Assembly (NCBI GenBank): GCA_012522795.1
Contig: JAAYJT010000029.1
Coordinates: forward strand, 67,525-131,524
Length of the DNA: 64,000 bases
DNA from: Bacteroidales bacterium
Lineage (GTDB): Bacteria > Bacteroidota > Bacteroidia > Bacteroidales > JAAYJT01
Direction of reading: 5' to 3'
In this document: positions 38,675 to 48,306 of the stretch, piece after piece
Layout of the letters: each line of letters opens with the position of its first letter
Position numbering within the stretch: the stretch's first letter is position 1
The notes under the pieces: generated by a model
The model's input: the letters and a program-made list of their open reading frames with translations, nothing else
Database searches by the model: none
What the model was told of the DNA's origin: nothing
Program-made: the position numbers and the translations under genes

Positions 38675-39625
38675 TCACCTTTTCAGGCGTATGAAATTAT
38701 TGAACTCTCCGAGAGTAGGCATATTTAATATTCTGTATTTAATAAAACTAAAAACTCTGTTTTTAAGTTTCTCATGCTTATTTGGTTTGCGCATACTATT
38801 TGGTTTACCACTGTATTGAAGCTCATCCTGCCAGTTGAATTTACTTATCCATTCATTCATCACAGCCGGATGAGTTCCTCTGAAAACGTTTAAAAGATCC
38901 AACGGTCCGTAATCAAATTCAAAATAACGCTGTTTCTCAAGCTCCTTCACTTTCATTTCGCCCTGCTGTATAGTTTCAAACACTCTTGTTTTCTTTTTCA
39001 TCATTTGTGGCGGTCTTACCCATCCATAATGATAAATAAAGGCATCGAGTTCTATAACTTTCAGTTTCCGGGTATTATGCTCTCTCCGGTAATTAAAACC
39101 ATCAAAATCAGGTATATACCTGAAAGACTGTGCGTCCCTCCACGAATGAATTTCAGGATCATTGCGTATAATCCGAATTTCAAACGGATACCATCCATGC
39201 GACCGGTGATGATGATCGTAATCGCCCCAGAAATGATAGTATTTAAAAAGAAAGCCTTCTACCTCTTTGTCGTTCAGATATTTCCCACACGCTTCACGTA
39301 TAAGCGGAAGGTCTTTTTCATGTATCACCTCATCAGCCTGAATATAAAACAGCCAGTCGCCGCTGCAGTATGATTTTGCAATATCAGTCTGATGAGCATA
39401 CTCCATACCGTGAGGATAACGCTCAATATCCCATACTGTTTCTATGATCTTAATTTTAGGATCTCCGATACTTTCAATCAGTTCACGGGTTTTATCACCT
39501 TCAGAACCTTCACCGAGAGCTATTACGAATTCATCAACAAGAGGCAGTAACGACTGTATTGATTCCTTTACAGGGTAATAAAGTGAGTCAGCATTCTTTG
39601 CTATTGTAAAACCACTGATCTTCAT
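38675..39625 (-). CDS. Glycosyltransferase family 2-like protein
   Basis: The N-terminal pattern ISGFTIAKNA...ESIQSLLPLVDEFVI...DWLFYIQADE resembles GT-A fold enzymes. Confidence 0.55.
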   Translation of the reverse strand: MKISGFTIAKNADSLYYPVKESIQSLLPLVDEFVIALGEGSEGDKTRELIESIGDPKIKIIETVWDIERYPHGMEYAHQTDIAKSYCSGDWLFYIQADEVIHEKDLPLIREACGKYLNDKEVEGFLFKYYHFWGDYDHHHRSHGWYPFEIRIIRNDPEIHSWRDAQSFRYIPDFDGFNYRREHNTRKLKVIELDAFIYHYGWVRPPQMMKKKTRVFETIQQGEMKVKELEKQRYFEFDYGPLDLLNVFRGTHPAVMNEWISKFNWQDELQYSGKPNSMRKPNKHEKLKNRVFSFIKYRILNMPTLGEFNNFIRLKR

Positions 39626-39679
39626 TCAAGATATTTATTTGTAATCTGCTAATTTTCAATCAACTGCAATGAAGGAACA

Positions 39680-41527
39680 TTAACTGAACATCTGCATATT
39701 GTGCAAACGGGTATAAATGCCGTTTTTATGCATTAATTCCTGATGAGTGCCTTGCTCCACTATTCTTCCTTCGTGCATAACGCATATCATATCAGCGTTC
39801 ACCACCGTTGAAAGACGATGAGCTATAATAACTGATGTCCGGTTCTTCATTAAATTTGTAATAGCTTCCTGCACCAGGCGCTCCGATTCAGTGTCGAGTG
39901 ACGAGGTAGCTTCATCAAGGATCATGACTGGAGGGTTTTTCAGTACAGCTCTGGCTATGCTGATACGCTGACGCTGCCCTCCAGACAATTTATTTCCCCG
40001 GTCGCCGATATTGGTTTCATACCCCTCAGGAGTGTTGATAATAAAATCGTGAGCATTGGCTACTTCGGCTGCCATGATTATCTGCTCTTTAGTTGCATTG
40101 TCAGAACCAAAAGCAATGTTATTTGAAAAACTGTCGTTGAACAAAATAGCTTCCTGACTCACCACACCCATTAAATTGCGCAAATCCCTTATTTTACAAT
40201 CCTTTACTGACACTCCGTCAACCAGCACCTCCCCCTCAACAGTATCATAAAACCTTGGGATCAGATCAACTAATGTTGATTTCCCAGCTCCCGACTGCCC
40301 TACTATTGCTACTGTTTTTCCTTTCTCAATTTTAAGGTTGATATCTTTCAGAACCCAATCGTCTTCGTATCTGAATCCCACATTTTTGAACTCTATGCTT
40401 TCATTAAAACCTGTTACCGACAAGGCATCAGGCTTTTCAACCACAGTATTTTCGGCTTCCAGTATCTCATCAATCCTTTCGGCTGAAGCCATACCCTTCT
40501 GAACATTATACCATGCTGTTGAAAATGATTTTGCAGGATTTATTATCTGCGAAAAAACGACCAGATAGCCTATGAAATTCTCGGGCGACAAGGTAGTTTG
40601 TTCTCCCAGTACTAGAGTTCCGCCATACCACATTATAAAAACCACCACAACAGTACCCAGAAACTCACTTAAAGGTGTTGCCAGATATTGCCTGCGGTAA
40701 ATTTTTATCATAATACGGGTATAAATATTATTAAGGTCAAAAAATCGTTTTTTTAGTCTTTCCTCACTGTTGAAAGCTTTGATCACCCGTAAACCTCCAA
40801 GGGTTTCATCCATCATTGAAAGGATCTCACCCATTCTCTTCTGCCCTCTTGCAGCCGAAGTTTTCAGGCTTTTTCCTATCCTCCCTATAATAAAGGCACT
40901 TACAGGTAAAAGAATAAATACAAACAAAGTAAGATGAGGACTTATGACTACCAATCCTATCATATAAACAATGATCGTAATCGGATCGCTGAGTATCATT
41001 TCAAGCGAACTCATTATGCTCCATTCCACTACCATGACATCGTTTGTCATACGGCTGATAATATCCCCTTTGCGTTCGTTTGAATAATATGCTAATGGGA
41101 GGTCAACTGATTTGTTGTAAAGCGCATTGCGTATATCCCTAACCACTCCATTACGGATCGTAGCCATATTATGCAAAGCCAGATATTTAAAACCGGTTTT
41201 AAACAATGAAGTTACAACAACAAGACCACTAACAAAAATCAGGGCATAGATACTGCCCTTGTTATCAATAAGTTGTGTGATGTAATAAAAAAAATTGTTT
41301 TTCAGAATTGTGAGTAATCCCAAACCCTCTTGCCTCATGAATTCAAAACTCAATGGCAGCGATTGATACACCTTTTCCTGAGTATTGAACAAAATTCCCA
41401 GAAAAGGGATCACCATAGTAAGGCTGAATAATGAGAACACAACACTAAGAAAGCTAAAAACAGTATGCAGTACCGCCTGTAGCCAGTATGGAACAATATA
41501 TCGGAGCAGATAAACAAATCGTTTCAT
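39680..41527 (-). CDS. ABC transporter permease/ATP-binding fusion (MsbA-like exporter)
   Basis: Six-TM domain followed by GQSGAGKST (Walker A), LSGGQRQR (signature) and ILDEATS (Walker B). Confidence 0.9.
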   Translation of the reverse strand: MKRFVYLLRYIVPYWLQAVLHTVFSFLSVVFSLFSLTMVIPFLGILFNTQEKVYQSLPLSFEFMRQEGLGLLTILKNNFFYYITQLIDNKGSIYALIFVSGLVVVTSLFKTGFKYLALHNMATIRNGVVRDIRNALYNKSVDLPLAYYSNERKGDIISRMTNDVMVVEWSIMSSLEMILSDPITIIVYMIGLVVISPHLTLFVFILLPVSAFIIGRIGKSLKTSAARGQKRMGEILSMMDETLGGLRVIKAFNSEERLKKRFFDLNNIYTRIMIKIYRRQYLATPLSEFLGTVVVVFIMWYGGTLVLGEQTTLSPENFIGYLVVFSQIINPAKSFSTAWYNVQKGMASAERIDEILEAENTVVEKPDALSVTGFNESIEFKNVGFRYEDDWVLKDINLKIEKGKTVAIVGQSGAGKSTLVDLIPRFYDTVEGEVLVDGVSVKDCKIRDLRNLMGVVSQEAILFNDSFSNNIAFGSDNATKEQIIMAAEVANAHDFIINTPEGYETNIGDRGNKLSGGQRQRISIARAVLKNPPVMILDEATSSLDTESERLVQEAITNLMKNRTSVIIAHRLSTVVNADMICVMHEGRIVEQGTHQELMHKNGIYTRLHNMQMFS

Positions 41528-41674
41528 CGCAGTTGAAATAAATTCCTCAGTACATGAAGAAAGTGCAAAAGTAAATTTAATTGTCTAACGCCAGAAGTTT
41601 TATTTATTTTGCACAAAGTGTTGATTCAATCACATATTTAAATTCCTGTATCTTTGCACCTAAACTATTTTTTC

Positions 41675-42247
41675 ATGAATATATCATCCATTATACGTGA
41701 ATCGCTGAAACTCAAACAAGAGCTACTCAACAATGAATCAATGTTAAAACGTCTTGAGGAAGTTGTTGTTGTAACATCCGCCTGTTATAAAAATGGCGGA
41801 AAAACCATGTTCTGCGGAAATGGTGGCAGCGCAGCTGATGCCCAGCATCTGGCAGCCGAATTGTCGGGGCGTTTTTATTTCGACCGCAAACCTCTTGATG
41901 CAGAAGCACTTCATGCAAACACATCTTATCTTACTGCTGTTGCCAACGATTACTCCTACAATGAAATATATTCCCGCCTTGTTGAAGCCAAAGGCAAAAA
42001 AGGTGATATCCTTTTTGCTTTTTCCACTTCAGGGAATAGCCCCAATGTTGTTAAAGCACTGGAACAGGCGAAACTTCAGGAACTCATAACTATTGGCTTC
42101 ACAGGTATGAAACCATGCAAAATGGACAGCCTCTGCGATTTTATCTTTAAGATACCTTCCGCTGATACACCAAGGATTCAGGAAATGCATATACTACTTG
42201 GTCATATTATATGTCAGGGCGTTGAAGAAACACTTTTTGAAACCTGA
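41675..42247 (+). CDS. gmhA: D-sedoheptulose-7-phosphate isomerase (SIS domain)
   Basis: CGNGGSAADAQHLAAEL and FSTSGNSPNV motifs. The ATG at 41675 is preferred to the TTG at 41654, and a TATCTTTG box lies at 41649-41656. Confidence 0.85.
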   Translation: MNISSIIRESLKLKQELLNNESMLKRLEEVVVVTSACYKNGGKTMFCGNGGSAADAQHLAAELSGRFYFDRKPLDAEALHANTSYLTAVANDYSYNEIYSRLVEAKGKKGDILFAFSTSGNSPNVVKALEQAKLQELITIGFTGMKPCKMDSLCDFIFKIPSADTPRIQEMHILLGHIICQGVEETLFET

Positions 42248-42303
42248 GCAGCAGAGTAAAAAGTAAATAAGCCATTGAAACCTTTAAATCAAAATCAATA
42301 AAA

Positions 42304-43008
42304 ATGCATGAAGCAGTAATATTAGCTGGTGGTTTTGGAACAAGGCTGCAAACTGTGGTCAAAGATATTCCCAAATCAATGGCACCTGTCAATGGACGAC
42401 CTTTTCTTGAATACCTGCTTGACTATCTCATCTCAAACAACTATAAAAAAATCGTGCTTTCGGTAGGTTATAAAAGCGAAAGCATAATTTCTCATTTTGG
42501 TTCTTCATACAAAGAACTGGAAATTATTTATGCTATTGAAAATGAGCCTTTAGGAACCGGTGGAGGAATAAGGATGGCATTGACAAAATGCGATGAGAAA
42601 AATGTGCTTGTTCTCAATGGCGATACTTTATTCCTTGTTGATTTACATGACTTTAACAAACTGCATCATAAAAAAAATGCCGTAATAAGTATTGCTTTGC
42701 GCAAAGTAGCTGATTTATCGAGATACGGAGAAATTAAAGTTAACAGGGATGGGTATATTACATCGTTCGGTGAGAAAACCTCCGCTAATTTCCCGGGTTT
42801 GATCAATGGAGGAATTTATATTATTCAGCGTGAGTTCTTTCTTGAAAACACAAACCCTTCGGCATTCTCGGTAGAAAGGGATATTTTTGAAAAATGGACA
42901 ATAAACCACCAGCTTGCAGGCTTTACATACGACGCTTATTTCCTTGATATTGGCATTCCTGCCGATTTTTTAAAAGCACAACATGAGTTTCAGAAACTTA
43001 AATATTGA
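42304..43008 (+). CDS. Sugar-1-phosphate nucleotidyltransferase (heptose-1-phosphate guanylyltransferase HddC-like)
   Basis: AVILAGGFGTRL N-terminal NTP-transferase motif. Located between gmhA and gmhB. Confidence 0.65.
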   Translation: MHEAVILAGGFGTRLQTVVKDIPKSMAPVNGRPFLEYLLDYLISNNYKKIVLSVGYKSESIISHFGSSYKELEIIYAIENEPLGTGGGIRMALTKCDEKNVLVLNGDTLFLVDLHDFNKLHHKKNAVISIALRKVADLSRYGEIKVNRDGYITSFGEKTSANFPGLINGGIYIIQREFFLENTNPSAFSVERDIFEKWTINHQLAGFTYDAYFLDIGIPADFLKAQHEFQKLKY

Positions 43009-43558
43009 TAAAAGCTGGACTCTGTTTCTTGATCGTGACGGGGTCATAAACCGCAGATTACCCGGTGATTATGTAAAGAATCACAAAGAATTTGAATTAC
43101 TTGGCGGAGTTACTGAAGCAATAAAAATATTTAATGAATATTTCGGAAGGGTGATAGTTGTCAGCAACCAGCAGGGTGTTGGAAAAGGGCTGATGAGCAG
43201 TGGCGATCTTGAAAAAATTGATCTTCATATGCATAACCTTATCCAAGAAGCCGGAGGCAGGCTGGACAAAGCTTTTTATGCTCCTATGCTGCACACAGAG
43301 AAGAATATCATGAGAAAACCAGGCGCGGGAATGGCTTTGGCAGCACGAAAAACATTCCCTGAAATAAATTTCAAACGATGTTTTATGGCTGGTGACACAC
43401 TTAGCGATATGCAATTTGGCAAAAATCTGAAAATGAAAACAGTGCTTATTAACGAAACTAACAGAATAGCAATAAAATATCCTTTTCTGGTTGATTATCA
43501 TTTCACTGATCTTTATACGTTTGCAAAACAAATAGCAGAAACCTCACTAAAAAAATAG
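42983..43558 (+). CDS. gmhB: D,D-heptose 1,7-bisphosphate phosphatase (HAD-IIIA)
   Basis: FLDRDGVIN (DxDGT/V motif), VSNQQGV and AGDTLSD motifs. Overlaps the upstream gene by 26 nt. Confidence 0.75.
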   Translation: MSFRNLNIDKSWTLFLDRDGVINRRLPGDYVKNHKEFELLGGVTEAIKIFNEYFGRVIVVSNQQGVGKGLMSSGDLEKIDLHMHNLIQEAGGRLDKAFYAPMLHTEKNIMRKPGAGMALAARKTFPEINFKRCFMAGDTLSDMQFGKNLKMKTVLINETNRIAIKYPFLVDYHFTDLYTFAKQIAETSLKK

Positions 43559-43626
43559 ATATCCGAATGTGTTCGCAAAAAATGCAAACTCTTCAAAGCC
43601 ACTGACTACCTGAACTTTTTCAAACT

Positions 43627-45111
43627 ATGAATCCAACAACGACCCTCATAATTTTTCTGGCTTACACTGCTATTCTTTTCAGCATTGCTTTTATTACTTC
43701 CAGAAAATCAACCAACGAAACCTATTTTGTCGGAAATCGTGCATCGCCCTGGTATGTAGTGGCTTATGGAATGATCGGAGCTTCGCTTTCGGGGGTCACA
43801 TTTATATCTATTCCCGGCGATGTAGGAAATTCATATTTTTCATATATGATGCTGGTTTTCGGCTATTTGCTTGGCTATGCAGTAATTGCACAAGTATTGC
43901 TGCCGCTTTATTATAACCTTAATCTTACCTCAATTTACACCTATCTCGAAAAACGTTTTGGGCTTTCATCATACAAAACAGGAGCATCCTTTTTCCTGCT
44001 ATCCCGTAGTATTGGAGCCTCATTCCGGGTTTATCTTGTTGTAAATGTATTGCATGTGTTTGTATTCGATGCTTGGAATGTTCCGTTCATTGGTACGGTC
44101 ATGCTTTTTATGGGGCTTATAATCCTTTATTCATTCCGGGGAGGAATTAAAACTATAGTCTGGACTGATACCCTGCAGACTACATTTATGATCCTGGCTG
44201 TTCTTTTCACCATCCATCTGATTGGTAATGAAATGAATCTGTCACTCGGCGGATTGATAAAAGCTGCTTCCGAAAGTAAATATTCTCAAATGATTTTTAC
44301 TGACTGGAACCATCGTCATCATTTTCTCAAACAATTTTTTTCCGGTGCATTTATAGCAATTGTAATGACGGGTCTGGATCAGGATATGATGCAAAAAAAC
44401 CTTAGCTGCCGCAATCTGCGTGAGGCACAAAAAAATGTTTATCTGATGAGCTGGTCGCTGGTACTGGTTAATCTTATTTTTCTGTTTCTTGGCATTGTTC
44501 TCTACTTATATGCTGAATCACAGCAAATTGATATCCCTCAGATAACCGATAATCTTTTTCCTCTTATTGCAATTGAGCATCTGGGAGCAAAAGCCGGCAT
44601 ACTCTTTTTCATTGGGCTTATTGCTGCTGCCTTTTCGAGCGCCGATGGTTCTCTTGCTTCTTTAACAACCTCCTTTTATTTCGATATTCTTGGAATTGAT
44701 AAGAACCATAAATTAACTGAGAAACAAAAAACCCGCATCAGAAAAACAACACACATGTCGATTTCGGTAGTATTGATTCTGATGATAATAGTATTCAGGG
44801 CAATCAGCGACCAGTCAGTCATACAGAAACTCTTTACCATAGCCGGTTATACCTACGGACCATTGCTTGGACTATATTCTTTCGGTTTGCTCACAAAATA
44901 TTCAGTAAAGGATAAATGGATACCCCTGATTGCGGTACTTTCTCCGGTTTTATGCTATATAATTAGCTTTAACTCAATGGAGTGGTTCAATGGCTATAAA
45001 TTTGGGTTTGAACTGCTCATACTAAACGGATTATTTACTTTTGCCGGGTTGCTCATAATAAGGAACAAACAAGTAAATAAAGATAGTAAAATTTCAAAAG
45101 AGAAGCACTGA
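43627..45111 (+). CDS. Sodium:solute symporter family transporter
   Basis: 494-aa protein with ~13 TM helices and an SSS-like N-terminus (YFVGNRASPWYVVAYGMIGASLSGVTFISIPG). Confidence 0.8.
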   Translation: MNPTTTLIIFLAYTAILFSIAFITSRKSTNETYFVGNRASPWYVVAYGMIGASLSGVTFISIPGDVGNSYFSYMMLVFGYLLGYAVIAQVLLPLYYNLNLTSIYTYLEKRFGLSSYKTGASFFLLSRSIGASFRVYLVVNVLHVFVFDAWNVPFIGTVMLFMGLIILYSFRGGIKTIVWTDTLQTTFMILAVLFTIHLIGNEMNLSLGGLIKAASESKYSQMIFTDWNHRHHFLKQFFSGAFIAIVMTGLDQDMMQKNLSCRNLREAQKNVYLMSWSLVLVNLIFLFLGIVLYLYAESQQIDIPQITDNLFPLIAIEHLGAKAGILFFIGLIAAAFSSADGSLASLTTSFYFDILGIDKNHKLTEKQKTRIRKTTHMSISVVLILMIIVFRAISDQSVIQKLFTIAGYTYGPLLGLYSFGLLTKYSVKDKWIPLIAVLSPVLCYIISFNSMEWFNGYKFGFELLILNGLFTFAGLLIIRNKQVNKDSKISKEKH

Positions 45112-45240
45112 TGACAGCTTAAAAAAAAGTGGAAATAATAATTTGAGATTTATAAACCAATATTAACTAATAATAACAGAGGAATACTTACATTTGCTTC
45201 CTAAAAAAACAATTATCAGAACTACAAAAATTTCACAATC

Positions 45241-46230
45241 ATGGTAAGTTTACAAACAAATTACATGGGGTTAAAACTCAGGAATCCAATCATTATTGGT
45301 AGTTCGAGCTTAACAAGTGCAGTAGAAAAAGTAAAAGAATTAGAAAAACAGAATGCCGGTGCTGTAGTACTTAAATCCTTGTTTGAAGAGCAAATAAGAT
45401 TTGAGATACATCAGTCAATGCATCAGACTAATTTAAGCGACAGCTATTACCCTGAAGCACATGACTATATAAGCAATTACTCACGCACCCATCATATTGA
45501 TAATTATTTAAAATTAATAAGTGATTGTAAGAAAGCGGTTTCAATGCCTGTAATTGCCAGTATTAATTGTGTAACAGCCGATGAATGGACTGCTTTTGCA
45601 AAACGTATTGAAGATGCAGGCGCTGATGCTCTGGAACTTAATATTTTTATCCTGCCTGCTGATCCAAATATTTCAGGCGAGGAAAATGAAAAAATGTATT
45701 TTGATATCCTCGATCTGGTAAAAAAACAGCTGGATATTCCGGTTGCAATGAAAATCAGTTACCATTTCTCAGGATTAGCCAAAACTGCATTAAAATTTTC
45801 GTGGGCTGGCGCTAATGGAATGGTGTTGTTCAATCGCTTTTATTCGCCAGATATTAATGTGGATAATATGAAAGTTATTCCTGCTCATGTATTCAGCACT
45901 CCTGATGAGATCAGCGTTAGCCTGCGCTGGGTAGCCATGCTTAGCGACCATCTCCATTGCGATATTGCAGCATCAACAGGTATACATGACGGGAAAAGCG
46001 TGGTAAAACAATTACTTGCTGGAGCTAAAGCAGTTCAGATCGCTTCCACCCTCTATATTAACGGACTTGGTCGTATTGACGAAATGCTGAAATATCTGGA
46101 AGAATGGATGGTTAAACATGGCTATAAATCCACTGATGAATTCATTGGTAAACTTAGCCTTAAAAAAACCGAAAATCCTGCTGCCTGGGAAAGAGTACAA
46201 TTTATGAAGCATTTCGCCGGAATAGAATAA
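45241..46230 (+). CDS. Dihydroorotate dehydrogenase-like TIM-barrel flavoprotein
   Basis: MGLKLRNPIIIGSS N-terminus and ALELNI resemble class-1 DHOD/DPD-B-like proteins, with a C-terminal extension. Confidence 0.7.
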   Translation: MVSLQTNYMGLKLRNPIIIGSSSLTSAVEKVKELEKQNAGAVVLKSLFEEQIRFEIHQSMHQTNLSDSYYPEAHDYISNYSRTHHIDNYLKLISDCKKAVSMPVIASINCVTADEWTAFAKRIEDAGADALELNIFILPADPNISGEENEKMYFDILDLVKKQLDIPVAMKISYHFSGLAKTALKFSWAGANGMVLFNRFYSPDINVDNMKVIPAHVFSTPDEISVSLRWVAMLSDHLHCDIAASTGIHDGKSVVKQLLAGAKAVQIASTLYINGLGRIDEMLKYLEEWMVKHGYKSTDEFIGKLSLKKTENPAAWERVQFMKHFAGIE

Positions 46231-46379
46231 TACCGGACCCGGTTTTAAGTAGAATTTCTGTTACAAAAAACTGTATATCTTCAAAACTCTGTTCCTTTTC
46301 TGATTATTCTGCTTGTTATAGCCTCTCTGTTCGGATATATCTTTTTCGGAAAGTGCTGTAACTCAATAAATTTCCTGAC

Positions 46380-47945
46380 CTATACGTCATCAGAAGATCG
46401 CATGAGTCTGACGCTCAGATCAGGATCAGCCATATCCTTGTCAAACGGGAACATCGGGTGTTTAATACGCTTATATTCAAGTCGTTCCAAATCCTGATCA
46501 ACGCCACCGGGAGTAAGAGCCATAATCCAGTCAGCACGCATATCAAAAAGTTCCGGCACCAGATAACCGATTTTTACAACCACTATATCTGTTTCCCTGG
46601 GATTCAGGCCCAAATGGGTAAAATCTTTTTCATAATGATAAGGTTTACGCTTTTTTGTAATTATAACATTAATACTTCCCGTTTGAACCACAACCTCGGT
46701 TTCTGCAGCAAGGTCGCCATGTTCAATTGCTTTTACGACCCCTGACAATTTAATAGGCGGCGAATAACGATCATCTATGACTGCACCTGCCATACCCTCA
46801 ACCTTATTACCTACACCGGCTTCAATGGCTTTTTGAACCAGGTCAGGTCCCGGCAGCGATGCATAGATAAGCGAAGGTCCGTTTTCGTTCTTAAACTCCT
46901 TACGCTTAAGTATTTCAGCAAGGGTCCAGGTTACATCCCCTGCGCCTCCGGCAGTCGGATTATCGCCCATATCGCTGATTATAAAAGGTTGTGCTGTACC
47001 CAAAACAGCTTTATCAAGACATTCGTGCAAAGGTGCAACCGGAGCAACGAATTCAAACTCGTTTCTAACCTTCCAGAATGATGTTGCAAGTTCTTCTGAC
47101 GCACCCGAAACGGCATCCCTGTCATCGCCGGTAACAACTACTGCTCCATGGTTACGTGGCTCGTCAGCCCATGCATAGCCTATCCATATACCGGCATCAA
47201 TAATACCCTTGCGCCTGGTTATAGGCTCAACCTTAGCATACAGGCTCTTTGCCGGTTCAATTCGTGTACTGGTTTTCTCGCCCGGCAACAGAATTGGTAC
47301 AGGAATCCAGGCTTTAAAGGCAGGTTTACCTTTTCCGCTTTCCAATCTGTCAAGCAAATTTTCAAGCGCCCGCTGTTTTGATTCCAAGGCATCATCATGG
47401 GGAGCAAGACGATAACAGGTTATAAGATCAGTATTCTCAACCAGTCTTTCACTAACATTTCCGTGTAAGTCCATAGAAGTTGATATGATTGGTTCTTTTC
47501 CAACCACTTCGCGGATACGGATTATAAAATCTCCTTCAGGGTCATCCAGCCCCACCACACTCATAGCCCCATGAATATCAAAGAAAATACCATCGAAAGG
47601 CATATTTTCCTTTAAAAGCTCAAGAGTTTCATTAACCAGCTTCTCGTAAGCTTCACGAACTACAATACCTCCCGGAATAGCATGACCACGCAGCAGAGGG
47701 AACCAGTGAGCCCTGCCCCTGTCCGCTGAATCGGGCGACATAAAAGGATAATACGTAAAAACATCTTCGCCGCGTCGAACACGGAAAGATTCTTCGTTTG
47801 ACTGAGCCGGTGAGAATGTACTTGATTCTATTGCCAGCCCGCAAATTGCAACACGCGGAAGTTCTTTCGGCTTTTTACCTGACGGCGAACAGGACATTAA
47901 TACTGACAATGTTAGAGCAAGAACTGCAATAGATATTTTTTTCAT
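46380..47945 (-). CDS. M81-family (MlrC-like) metallopeptidase, lipoprotein
   Basis: Lipobox LSVLMSC and an MlrC-like layout (FDGIFFDIHGAM, LAPHDD). Divergent from the first toxin module. Confidence 0.65.
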   Translation of the reverse strand: MKKISIAVLALTLSVLMSCSPSGKKPKELPRVAICGLAIESSTFSPAQSNEESFRVRRGEDVFTYYPFMSPDSADRGRAHWFPLLRGHAIPGGIVVREAYEKLVNETLELLKENMPFDGIFFDIHGAMSVVGLDDPEGDFIIRIREVVGKEPIISTSMDLHGNVSERLVENTDLITCYRLAPHDDALESKQRALENLLDRLESGKGKPAFKAWIPVPILLPGEKTSTRIEPAKSLYAKVEPITRRKGIIDAGIWIGYAWADEPRNHGAVVVTGDDRDAVSGASEELATSFWKVRNEFEFVAPVAPLHECLDKAVLGTAQPFIISDMGDNPTAGGAGDVTWTLAEILKRKEFKNENGPSLIYASLPGPDLVQKAIEAGVGNKVEGMAGAVIDDRYSPPIKLSGVVKAIEHGDLAAETEVVVQTGSINVIITKKRKPYHYEKDFTHLGLNPRETDIVVVKIGYLVPELFDMRADWIMALTPGGVDQDLERLEYKRIKHPMFPFDKDMADPDLSVRLMRSSDDV

Positions 47946-48265
47946 TTTTCTGTGAATTAAAATCTGTATTATCGTTTTTGAATTATCTTCAAGCCTATAA
48001 AATTACTTAATAAACATCTTTAAAACCGGATTTCAGGTAGGATTAGCATCAGCCATTTTAGAAACATCCGTACTGTTCAGCAATTTTCAGCAAAAATAAA
48101 AATATTCCAACAAACCTGAATATGCAGTAAAAGCTAAAAAGTATCTGCAAATGTGCTGAGCTGAAAGCAGAATTGAGAATTGCATACTAAGAAATACATT
48201 CTGAGATCAGACTAAATGTTTGAACAAAAAAACAACTACTAAGCAATACTCAATCCAAAAAAATC

Positions 48266-48273
48266 TATCTTTA
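48266..48273 (+). promoter_or_regulatory. Candidate -7 box (TATCTTTA) of module 1
   Basis: Lies in the conserved leader, 34 nt before the ATG at 48307. One mismatch to TAnnTTTG. Confidence 0.3.
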
Positions 48274-48306
48274 CACAATTAAATCAGGTACTGCCATAGC
48301 GAACCA

